A stretch of 24,036 nt of DNA from a virus (taxonomy: Duplodnaviria > Caudoviricetes). The stretch spans positions 1 through 24,036 of IMG/VR virus record IMGVR_UViG_3300037882_000522, one strand, 5' to 3'. The first letter of the stretch is position 1. Each line of letters begins with the position of its first letter. Both the position numbers and the translations under genes were made by a program. Below are positions 16,652-24,036 of this stretch, in pieces. The notes beneath the pieces are model-generated. The model was not told the DNA's origin, ran no database searches, and was given only the letters and a program-made list of their open reading frames with translations.

Positions 16652-18701
16652 CAATAAGATCTCCTGGTACGTTAACGCCGTATTTTAGTTGAAGCTCTGT
16701 CAAGTCTTTAATGTAGTTATCGCGGAATTGCTTATTCTCATTTGTAAACGTCATATTGAACTGACGCTCCTCTTCTCGAAGCTTTGCAACTGCAATCGTG
16801 TCTTTATTGTTCGCCTCGGCCAGCCTGGCTTGCGCCTTTATCGTTTCTGCTTCGGCTAGTGGGTTTGTTTGTACCTGCTGCTGAAGCTGCGCAACCAGCG
16901 CCGTTAATTGCTCCACTTGGGCCTGCGCGGTTGCCGCCGGTATCTCTGGATTATTGAAATACTCGGCGTTATTGTGCACGTTCATAGACGCCAGTATCTT
17001 TGTTAGCGTGTTGTAGATTTTCGCATCATCAACAATAGTAGAACCTGCGCTTTTCAGTTCTTTTTGTGTTTGCAATATCACGCCAAGATTGCTTATAAGC
17101 TCTTGAGTGTCGCCGGAGCCAAGACCAATGTTTGAGCTAATCCGCGACGCGTAGCGCCAATCACTCGGGTTGTATGCGATTTGTTCGCCTAGAATTGTCT
17201 CTTCTAGCAGGGAGTCTTGATGATGTCGCACTAGCCACTCCATGCCTAGGTACAATTTCCTAATGCCTGTCTCGACGTAGTTGCGCACAACCAATTCAAG
17301 TTTTGCTGCGCCCTCACTACTGACACCATTAAAGCGCGCAGCCGTCTCATTATAAATATCATCACGATTAAGGCCTTGCGACGCCATGAGTGCACCAGTC
17401 GTCTGCGCTCTTGTGAAATCCATGTACTCAATAATCTGCAGTGTTTCTGCTGCTATGCTAGGCGTCACTAGCGGCATTATTGACGCTTGCGGCTGCCCGT
17501 TAACGCGCACAATCCCATTTACGCGACGGTTAACTATGTCGTCCATATTAACGCTGCCAAGCTCGCGATTAATATTGATGGCGGTCATAGGCTTGTTGAC
17601 TGAGGCAATGTTGTTAAACATACCTCGCAACATTAGCGATTTTTGGCGTTGAGCTTCTCGTGTTACGCTAATGCGACTTTGCCCGATAACTTGTCCTGGC
17701 ATTGGGTACCCAGATAAAACCGCGTAATTAACATGGTCAAACGGCTCATCATCTATTATTGTTTCGCCTACCGACATTATTCGGCGGCGCTCAAGGTGCC
17801 CAGATGACGTGCAGAATTTCACACACGCGGTTACTAGCTCGACCTCATCCATGTACCAAAGCGGGGTTTGGTCGTGCTGGTCGTCGCCGTTGATCGCGCC
17901 CAATTGCTTATCCTGAATACTGCGATTACTTCCAGCTGAATCCTGAGAATAAGCAAAGCCATTGCTTAGCGTTAGTGTCTCAACAAGCTTTTTGCTTATA
18001 CCAATAGATATTAAGTATCCTTTGGTCACTCGCGACCTATGCCCAACAAACTCGCAGTCGTCAATCGTAGGGCCGCCGCGAGTGATTAAAAAATCGTCTG
18101 GGTGAATGTATTCGATCTTGTATTTTGTAGTCTCGCGGAACACATGCACATCAATGTCGAACCGGTCTTGATCATCCGTGTCGCCAGTGACTTCAACTCG
18201 AGAAATCTTGTCTGACTCCTCAAAATTGCTGACGATTGCATTAAGCTCAATTTTAGTGATTCCCTCATAGCGCAATATTTCGCGCTCTTCCGATTCCTCA
18301 GCGTAATACGTAACCGCTGCAAAATTGTATATTTCTGCTGCCTTTAGCCAATCGTACATCAATTTGTAGCTGCACTCTTGGCCTAAAACCAGCTTATTAA
18401 TCAGCTTTGTTTTCTGCTGAGCCTCAAGGATTTTCCCTTCGTCGTCTGGATTATCGGCCGTGAATTCCATAATGTTTGCGCCGCCAAGAATCGCTCGCAC
18501 GATGCCAGGCATATCACTTTCCACTACATCGAAACAATCAGAACTAACAGCCGCTGACTCGTTCGGCAGTTCATTGCCCATTGGGTTGCGCAAGTAGTAG
18601 TCGATATTTAGCTCGTTCTCGACATTGAGCCGATCAACATACTCTGTGGCGGACGCCAAGAGCTGCTTGTATGCCTGATATTCCAAGCTGTTTTCTTTCA
18701 C
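16644..18701 (-). CDS. Portal protein (podovirus type)
   Basis: Start moved to GTG at 18701 (GTGA overlap with the terminase stop, SD GGAG), 685 aa. YY...P.GNE, VS.D..D.VE..MP, TG....SQG and ETA motifs, with a C-terminal coiled-coil barrel. Confidence 0.92.
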   Translation of the reverse strand: MKENSLEYQAYKQLLASATEYVDRLNVENELNIDYYLRNPMGNELPNESAAVSSDCFDVVESDMPGIVRAILGGANIMEFTADNPDDEGKILEAQQKTKLINKLVLGQECSYKLMYDWLKAAEIYNFAAVTYYAEESEEREILRYEGITKIELNAIVSNFEESDKISRVEVTGDTDDQDRFDIDVHVFRETTKYKIEYIHPDDFLITRGGPTIDDCEFVGHRSRVTKGYLISIGISKKLVETLTLSNGFAYSQDSAGSNRSIQDKQLGAINGDDQHDQTPLWYMDEVELVTACVKFCTSSGHLERRRIMSVGETIIDDEPFDHVNYAVLSGYPMPGQVIGQSRISVTREAQRQKSLMLRGMFNNIASVNKPMTAININRELGSVNMDDIVNRRVNGIVRVNGQPQASIMPLVTPSIAAETLQIIEYMDFTRAQTTGALMASQGLNRDDIYNETAARFNGVSSEGAAKLELVVRNYVETGIRKLYLGMEWLVRHHQDSLLEETILGEQIAYNPSDWRYASRISSNIGLGSGDTQELISNLGVILQTQKELKSAGSTIVDDAKIYNTLTKILASMNVHNNAEYFNNPEIPAATAQAQVEQLTALVAQLQQQVQTNPLAEAETIKAQARLAEANNKDTIAVAKLREEERQFNMTFTNENKQFRDNYIKDLTELQLKYGVNVPGDLIDG

Positions 18702-20359
18702 GCTATATGCTCCGTCGGGATGTTTAAATCGCCCCAATCTATTGACAATGGAGCCGTATTGAATGTGCCCATCATAACACTATCAGCGATGTTGGGCGAC
18801 GGCACCACTATTCTGTCGCCGTTTGGCATTGATATACCTTTGCGCATTTCTTGTTTTGTGTAAAGTTCAATGTGACCAGTATTGTTTGTGGGCTTTTTCG
18901 GTAACCGGCACAGCTCTGCTTTGAGCTTTTGCAGCATTGTTATTTTTGAGCTAAACGAAATCAGCTCGTCAGGGTTAGTGTATTTCTTCTGCTCTACCGC
19001 TTCCCACGTTTTACGCATTCGCTCTGCTAGGTTGATATAGCCTTGGGCGCGCTTGTTTCGGAATGCGTCTTTGTTTTTAACCTTGCCCTTGATGTTTGAG
19101 TAATACTCTGCCGATTCTCCAAAGTATTGGTCTGGATTTTCTGGAGAGTTTGAGCCTTTGAACATTAGCTGCTCAACTTTGGTACCCTTGAATGCGCGCT
19201 CGACGTTATCGCGTAAAGTTGCGCCAAGCCCATCACAGTCCCATCTAAAGTAATCCGCCTTGTGCTGCCGTGCCATCCCGCACGCTATGTCGCACGCTCG
19301 GTTTCCGTTCTCTGCATCAATCTCTCCAGCGTCAATGTAAACATTGCCATGCCGCACAGCGTAGCCGTTCGGGTCGTCGCCAGTGTCGGCGGGATCAAAG
19401 GCAAGCACAATGGCGCCGGTAGGCTCAAAGCCAAGTTTTAAGTGCGCATCAACGCACGCCTCAAACCATTCTTCTTTGATCACGCCATTCTCGATATCAT
19501 CATTGAAACCGCCCTCCCAAATCCAGTTGAAGCGCGTTTTACTCATGCGCTTAGCTTTGACTTTGGCCTTGTCTTTTTCAAGCTCAATGCGCAACGATTC
19601 GTCGTGCATGAACCACGGATTATCTTTGTATGTTGTTTTGATTATCAAGTGGTATTCGTCCTCATAAATCCCGCACCTATCAAGCTCGGCTTGATATGGG
19701 TTTATGAATTCAACGCTCATTGGGTCAGTTATAGATTCAGGATTCCACACATACCAAAGTTCAGCGCCGTCAACATCACGAAGTGTTGGCCCTAGTACGT
19801 CAATCGTTTGGCGCTTTGTTCTCGCAGCCTCTTCCATTACAAAGTACTTGAACTCGAACGACCCCTTGAAATCGATCATGTTTTGCATACCGCCAAATGC
19901 AAACCTTCCGCCGCTTCTATGTCGTATTTCGCCCCTTGACTCTACGCACCTAAACCCCGCCATTCCAAGCTTTGATATTCGCCCCTCTACTCCAGAATAA
20001 ATCGACTCTTTGATGGACTTCATGCGCTCGCGTATGCCGTAAACTTTGGAACCGCACGAATTAACGTCACCAATAAGCAGATCGCATGCCATTGTGGTTT
20101 TCATTCCTGCGCGTCCGCCATATGCGCATTTGTACTTCTTGTGAGTTGTCAACCACGGCTCGAATACTTTAGCTATGATGATGTTCGGCTCATCGTCGAC
20201 TTGCTCGACGTTCCCAATTGTTCCGCGCCATTTGCGTATATAGTGATTGCTGCCGTCCTCATTGAGTCGGTCAACAATGCCGTACACAGAAGGCTCAAGC
20301 CTGCCCGCGCTGGCCATAACCAGAGGTTCAAGTCGATCAAGCCTATCTAGTAGACTCAC
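18698..20359 (-). CDS. terL: Terminase large subunit (PBSX/P22-like)
   Basis: Walker A-like YGGRAGMKT, Walker B FVMEEA, PTLR, WNP coupling motif, Y.DNPWF, nuclease FDPAD.G.D and SPN.ADSVMM. Confidence 0.95.
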   Translation of the reverse strand: MSLLDRLDRLEPLVMASAGRLEPSVYGIVDRLNEDGSNHYIRKWRGTIGNVEQVDDEPNIIIAKVFEPWLTTHKKYKCAYGGRAGMKTTMACDLLIGDVNSCGSKVYGIRERMKSIKESIYSGVEGRISKLGMAGFRCVESRGEIRHRSGGRFAFGGMQNMIDFKGSFEFKYFVMEEAARTKRQTIDVLGPTLRDVDGAELWYVWNPESITDPMSVEFINPYQAELDRCGIYEDEYHLIIKTTYKDNPWFMHDESLRIELEKDKAKVKAKRMSKTRFNWIWEGGFNDDIENGVIKEEWFEACVDAHLKLGFEPTGAIVLAFDPADTGDDPNGYAVRHGNVYIDAGEIDAENGNRACDIACGMARQHKADYFRWDCDGLGATLRDNVERAFKGTKVEQLMFKGSNSPENPDQYFGESAEYYSNIKGKVKNKDAFRNKRAQGYINLAERMRKTWEAVEQKKYTNPDELISFSSKITMLQKLKAELCRLPKKPTNNTGHIELYTKQEMRKGISMPNGDRIVVPSPNIADSVMMGTFNTAPLSIDWGDLNIPTEHIA

Positions 20360-20766
20360 GACCGCATAGCCTCCTCAATTTTAGCAATCCGGTCTTTTAT
20401 TTCGGTGTTGACTTCAATGTCAATAGCACTGCGAATCGCTGTGATTATCTGAGTGCCAACGTCAGGCGGTATTTCGCCACAGGAAATTGCCGTGAGTATT
20501 TGCGCGACTTGCTCAACTGGTGTGCCACTGCTATTAAAGTCGAATTCAACATCTGGCAGAGTTGCCTTTTTTGTTGGCGAAAACCGAGATAGCAGCTCTT
20601 TTAAAGCAAAACTGTCAGAGCGGTCTAGGGCTCTGCTTAGGAGCTGATCATAAAAATCGTCTTCCGTCATTTTTATGCGCTTCATTGCCGCAAGAATTTT
20701 CACCCTCTCAGATATGCCCCTTCCTTTGCGCACTGACGGCTGATGTTCAGAGCTAAACCTTGCCAT
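20356..20766 (-). CDS. terS: Terminase small subunit (putative)
   Basis: 136 aa, RF....QP..RKGRG N-terminal motif, helical. Stop overlaps the terL start (GTGA). Confidence 0.7.
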   Translation of the reverse strand: MARFSSEHQPSVRKGRGISERVKILAAMKRIKMTEDDFYDQLLSRALDRSDSFALKELLSRFSPTKKATLPDVEFDFNSSGTPVEQVAQILTAISCGEIPPDVGTQIITAIRSAIDIEVNTEIKDRIAKIEEAMRS

Positions 20767-20808
20767 AATCCACCGCTATACTTTCGTTAAAATCGGCATA
20801 ATTAATTA

Positions 20809-21045
20809 TTACCCCATTATAGGATAGCACCACAGCCCAGATGGCGGCGTTGCCTGCACTTTAAATGTAAATGCAATTTGCTGATAAGGCTGAAGCGCAA
20901 TTGTGTCTGTAACCGGCGCTGAGCCTTTCGGTTCAACAGTTACAGATATTGAAATTGCCGCACCTGTGTTGTTATACATGGCGCGGTAGAGTGTATCCCC
21001 TGCTGCGGTGACGGGAATCATTGGGCCGATGTCATCTGATGCCAT
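20809..21045 (-). CDS. Small beta protein, putative head-spike base (RcGTA Rcc01079-like)
   Basis: 78 aa. Pattern VT..D...RA.Y..TG..I.V....VT.T.....I....KV.AT resembles the spike-base family as I recall it. Starts 2 nt after the stop of the 772-aa gene. Confidence 0.5.
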   Translation of the reverse strand: MASDDIGPMIPVTAAGDTLYRAMYNNTGAAISISVTVEPKGSAPVTDTIALQPYQQIAFTFKVQATPPSGLWCYPIMG

Positions 21046-21047
21046 TT

Positions 21048-23366
21048 TTATAGTCCTATGCTTAGAGAGATTGATATTTTTTCGTAAGTGTACCCGCCAG
21101 ATCCTCCTGCGGAAAACTCATAAGCCCCAGCGGCGCCAGCTCCGCTATTGCTGCGCGCCACGCCATCTAGGTCAAATGATAGCACAGCCATTCCAGATGG
21201 CACTCGGTTTAGCATTTCTGTCGCCGCTGCTGTCAAGTGGTAGTCGCCACCAACCGCCGGTACAGCTCTCGGTGTTGTCGTCCAGTTTACAAACTGATCC
21301 ATAAGTTGCGTTTGCGTATAGCCTTCCGCGAGCAGATTTGGCGAGCTTGATGACAGCCAATAACTGCCGAGGTATTGATCTGCTGATGTGTTTTCCGGAA
21401 GCTCACCTGCGCTTCTTCGCGTATTTCCGAACAGCGAAACGTTTCCGACGTTCCCTACGCTGTATTCATACGCCCAGTTGCCAACTGAACCGCTGCCGTC
21501 ACCCAAATTAAATCGATCATCTTTAATATTGTAGTTGTCGTAGATCGAGTATTTTGATACGCCGCGTTTTTGCACGCCGTTTGGCGCTATTTTTGTAGCT
21601 ATAGCGTCGTTGTACATGCGTGAGCAGCGGTCGCCGACAGCTGTGTTGTGATAGTCAATATAGTTCGTAATCGTCGTCAAATCGCCGTCTGCATAGGCGT
21701 TCATACAGATAACGCTAACGCCAGCTTCATATTCGTAGACGTTTTGAATATTGGCAACGCCAACATTTACAGTGTTTAAACTTGTGGTGTTTAGATTCAG
21801 CTGTCTCAGCCTGTTATTGTAAATAACACGCCCGTGATTTCCGGCCGTTGACCCAGTATCATCAAGCCCATAATCAGGGATGTCACAACCAACAATAGAT
21901 TGAGGATAACTGGTTGTCCCATCGTCTTTTGGGTGGCTGTCTCTATTCGCAGAAACAACCCCTGCGAATAGTGGGATAGCTCTGTCGGTTGGTCCTAATC
22001 CGTTTACTGCGAAATCAATAGCGTTTCCACCGTCGAGCGTAACGTTTCTAAAATAGCGATAAGAGTGCCAGCCGATACCGTTTTTGTTTAACGAGTTATT
22101 TAGCGTTACATCCTCGAAATAAACATTCGTTGCCGGGGTTCCTGTGGTCGAGTATCCAACGTGCAGGTATGCAGAGGCTCCCGCTTTGTACGTCAAACCC
22201 CGCCAAAGCGTGTTAGATGCCAAGCTAACCTGCACCGTGGCCTCTACCGTGATTGCTGCGTTTGCTAGCGGGTCAGACTCAACAACACAGCGCCCTGTAC
22301 CTGGGAAATTGCCGCTAGCTACTCCTATGGGGTAAGTTACAGGTGATCCGCTATCGTTAATAAAACGAATCGTAGCGCCGCCGAAATCGTTATGGCTCTT
22401 GTTTGTATTGTTCCACGCTCTAACGGCGGTAAACGCCGCAGTTAGCGTAGCGTATGGGGTTGTTTTTGCTGTAGCTGGGTCGGATGACACGGCAGGAGTG
22501 CCAGCGCCAACGCCGTTAACATACGCGAATGCACCCCCGTAAGCGCCATTGCGGTCACAGAACACGCGCAGCGGTGTGTGTGGCAGAGCTGTAGGCCAAG
22601 CTGCGCCATCAACATCAAGATTCATAATTGCAGATGAGTCACCGATCCACGGATACAGCTTGGCATTAACTTTGCTAAATCCTCCTTGAGTTTGACCGCC
22701 CATATTTAGCGTAGCCGAATGACACTCAGGCGGAAAGCCTTGAGTAACCAGTGTTGAAATTGCTGTGGAGTTGCTAAACACGCTAGCACTCTGCGTAACC
22801 CCATCCGTCACATAAAACTCAACACACGCCACTTGGCGACCATTTCGCGCGGTGTCAGATGCTGGCACAAACTCAACGTAAACGTTGTTTGTTGTTTCAG
22901 TGTCGCCGTTAAAATTTAGCCAGCTGCCGAATGGCTTTTTATACGCCAGAGTGCTGCTGTTAGTTGCTGTAACTGTGTCAGCGTTAGCCCCTGTATAAAA
23001 CCCTGCTGCAATTCCAGCCGTAACGATTGTGGTGCCGCTGTAGATCCAGTCATCTAACGAAATGTACAGCGTTAGATTGCTTCCGTCAGTTGTAATGAGG
23101 CGCTGGTCGCCGTTGGGGTGAGTGCGATGTAAAAACGTCTGCCCTGTAATTGTGCGGCTAACGGTGGTAGTTGCGCCATTAGCCAAAAAACCTGGATCTT
23201 GAACTGTAAACGTTAACTTTGACGCATCTAGCGTACCGGCGGTGCTAGTTATCCCATCCAGCACAACAATGGCCACCCAGCCATTGCCGCTTGGGCCGAT
23301 CCCGCCTTGTGGGTCGATTGCCGTACTGTCTGCAATCGTTATGCTGATTAGGTCGCCAGTTGCCAT
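21048..23366 (-). CDS. Large beta-helix virion protein, putative head fibre/adhesin
   Basis: 772 aa Thr/Gly/Asn-rich. PYATL.AA cap motif, beta-helix-like repeats (NVYFEDVTLN, YFRNVTLDG), GDYHL...DLDG..R.....GAYE terminal motif, GGSGG linker and C-terminal ISISLSIGL. No signal peptide evident. Confidence 0.65.
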   Translation of the reverse strand: MATGDLISITIADSTAIDPQGGIGPSGNGWVAIVVLDGITSTAGTLDASKLTFTVQDPGFLANGATTTVSRTITGQTFLHRTHPNGDQRLITTDGSNLTLYISLDDWIYSGTTIVTAGIAAGFYTGANADTVTATNSSTLAYKKPFGSWLNFNGDTETTNNVYVEFVPASDTARNGRQVACVEFYVTDGVTQSASVFSNSTAISTLVTQGFPPECHSATLNMGGQTQGGFSKVNAKLYPWIGDSSAIMNLDVDGAAWPTALPHTPLRVFCDRNGAYGGAFAYVNGVGAGTPAVSSDPATAKTTPYATLTAAFTAVRAWNNTNKSHNDFGGATIRFINDSGSPVTYPIGVASGNFPGTGRCVVESDPLANAAITVEATVQVSLASNTLWRGLTYKAGASAYLHVGYSTTGTPATNVYFEDVTLNNSLNKNGIGWHSYRYFRNVTLDGGNAIDFAVNGLGPTDRAIPLFAGVVSANRDSHPKDDGTTSYPQSIVGCDIPDYGLDDTGSTAGNHGRVIYNNRLRQLNLNTTSLNTVNVGVANIQNVYEYEAGVSVICMNAYADGDLTTITNYIDYHNTAVGDRCSRMYNDAIATKIAPNGVQKRGVSKYSIYDNYNIKDDRFNLGDGSGSVGNWAYEYSVGNVGNVSLFGNTRRSAGELPENTSADQYLGSYWLSSSSPNLLAEGYTQTQLMDQFVNWTTTPRAVPAVGGDYHLTAAATEMLNRVPSGMAVLSFDLDGVARSNSGAGAAGAYEFSAGGSGGYTYEKISISLSIGL

Positions 23367-23392
23367 GATGTTGCCCGCTAAATATTTCCCCC

Positions 23393-23428
23393 ATTCTAAT
23401 CCAGCTTAGCCATGGGTGCCACTGGCAC
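23393..23428 (-). promoter_or_regulatory. Candidate late-operon promoter with a palindromic site over the -35 position
   Basis: Minus strand TGGCAC (23421-23416), 17 nt, TAGAAT (23398-23393). The -35 position lies within palindrome GTGCCA-c-TGGCAC (23416-23428). Confidence 0.4.
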
Positions 23429-23471
23429 AGCCAAAAATTCACAAAACCCCGCAATATGCGCCAGTTTGTCG

Positions 23472-23879
23472 CTTTTCTAACTTTTCTAACTTTTCTAACC
23501 TGCCTTTAGAACCAAGTTAGAAAAAAGTTGCCTAGTGCCACGTGGCTTAGCGGGGAGTTTTCTTATTTTCTTATTTTTATTATATATATAAAGATATAAA
23601 GATATATATATAAGAAAGAAAGGGGGGGGGTAGGTAAGTAAGAACTAAAGGGGGTGCGTCAGAAAAGTTAGAAAAGTTAGAAAATAAGAAAACTCCACGC
23701 TAACCCTAGTGCCACGCGGGTTTCGTTTTCTAACATGAAGTTAGAAAAAAGTTAGAAGTGAGAAAGAGCAAAAAGGCTTTTCTAACTTTTCTAACTTTTC
23801 TCACATGCAAGTTAGAAAAAAGTTTCTTAGTGCCACTAGGCTTAGCGGGGAGTTTTCTAACTTTTCTAACTTTTCTAAC
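23472..23879. repeat. Iteron array with AT-rich core; putative replication origin
   Basis: More than a dozen exact or near copies of TTTTCTAAC/GTTAGAAAA in both orientations, including tandem triplets at 23472-23499, 23777-23803 and 23853-23879. ~85-bp direct repeat (23471-23563 vs 23776-23858) and an AT core at 23558-23620. Lies between divergent transcription units. Confidence 0.8.
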
Positions 23880-23906
23880 TTATTTTGAAAATAGCAAAAT
23901 AAGAGC

Positions 23907-23935
23907 TTGTATTACGCGTAACAGATTGCTATAGT
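23907..23935 (+). promoter_or_regulatory. Sigma70-type promoter with extended -10, divergent from the late operon
   Basis: TTGTAT (23907-23912), 17-nt spacer, TATAGT (23930-23935) with TG at 23927-23928. Confidence 0.7.
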
Positions 23936-23982
23936 TACATCACTGGATCGGATGGCCGACCAGACAACCAAGAGCTATAAAT

Positions 23983-24036
23983 ATGAAGTTCATTCACGCA
24001 CTAAACAAAAACATCTATGTGCCAGTCCGTCCAGTA
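23983..24036 (+). CDS. Probable start of a gene running off the window (MKFIHALNKNIYVPVRPV...)
   Basis: ATG ~47 nt downstream of the -10 box, weak SD (AAGAG), frame open to the window end. Too short to assign. Confidence 0.45.
   Translation, partial: MKFIHALNKNIYVPVRPV

Larger units (their letters stand above)
1..24036. mobile_element. Segment of a podovirus-like tailed phage/prophage genome (lysis, virion morphogenesis, putative replication origin)
   Basis: Colinear terminase-portal-scaffold-capsid-tail-ejection-tailspike genes plus holin and lysozyme-like gene. No tape measure, tail tube or sheath gene. No integrase or host genes in the window, so lifestyle cannot be determined. Confidence 0.97.

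Noticed and set aside
1496-22335. Numerous short plus-strand and alternate-frame ORFs (e.g. 2404-2790, 5199-5558, 7260-7580, 14142-14456, 16150-16404, 19442-19795)
   Set aside because: They lie within or across well-supported minus-strand genes, have no recognisable motifs, and read as shadow ORFs.
23245-23454. 69-aa minus-strand ORF upstream of the 772-aa gene
   Set aside because: It overlaps the 772-aa gene out of frame, spans the candidate promoter, and has atypical Trp/Cys/His-rich composition.
23622-23656. G-quadruplex
   Set aside because: Only a G9 and a G5 tract with a long spacer; not a convincing four-tract motif.
23416-23836. Sigma54 promoters at the TGGCAC motifs
   Set aside because: None of the copies has TTGC at the required 5-nt spacing.
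23472-23879. CRISPR array
   Set aside because: Repeats are 9-mers in tandem and inverted orientation without regular unique spacers, and no cas genes are present.

Overview
This window is the lysis, morphogenesis and probable origin region of a podovirus-like dsDNA tailed phage or prophage. A tightly coupled minus-strand late operon runs from 23366 to about 1288. In transcription order it encodes a 772-aa beta-helix protein, a 78-aa spike-base-like protein, small and large terminase, portal, scaffold, a BPP-1/epsilon15-type major capsid and cement protein, and an adaptor. It continues with a P22 gp10-like tail protein, three minor virion proteins, a 2OG-Fe(II) oxygenase, a GNAT, three P22 gp7/gp20/gp16-like ejection proteins, an 899-aa tailspike and a lysozyme-fold putative endolysin. 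A plus-strand membrane protein and 3-TM holin converge on the endolysin. Three observations stand out. (1) The holin-endolysin gap holds a ~362-bp protein-free cassette bounded by ~26-bp direct repeats, with a near-consensus sigma70 promoter and a highly structured ~165-nt RNA ending in a hairpin plus ACCA. (2) A probable head-fibre/spike-base pair sits upstream of terminase, with the anchor peptide apparently at the fibre C-terminus. (3) A ~410-bp iteron/AT-rich origin-like region carries a TAGTGCCAC loop motif whose core also overlaps the candidate late promoter. All family assignments come from recognising motifs by eye, with no database searches run.
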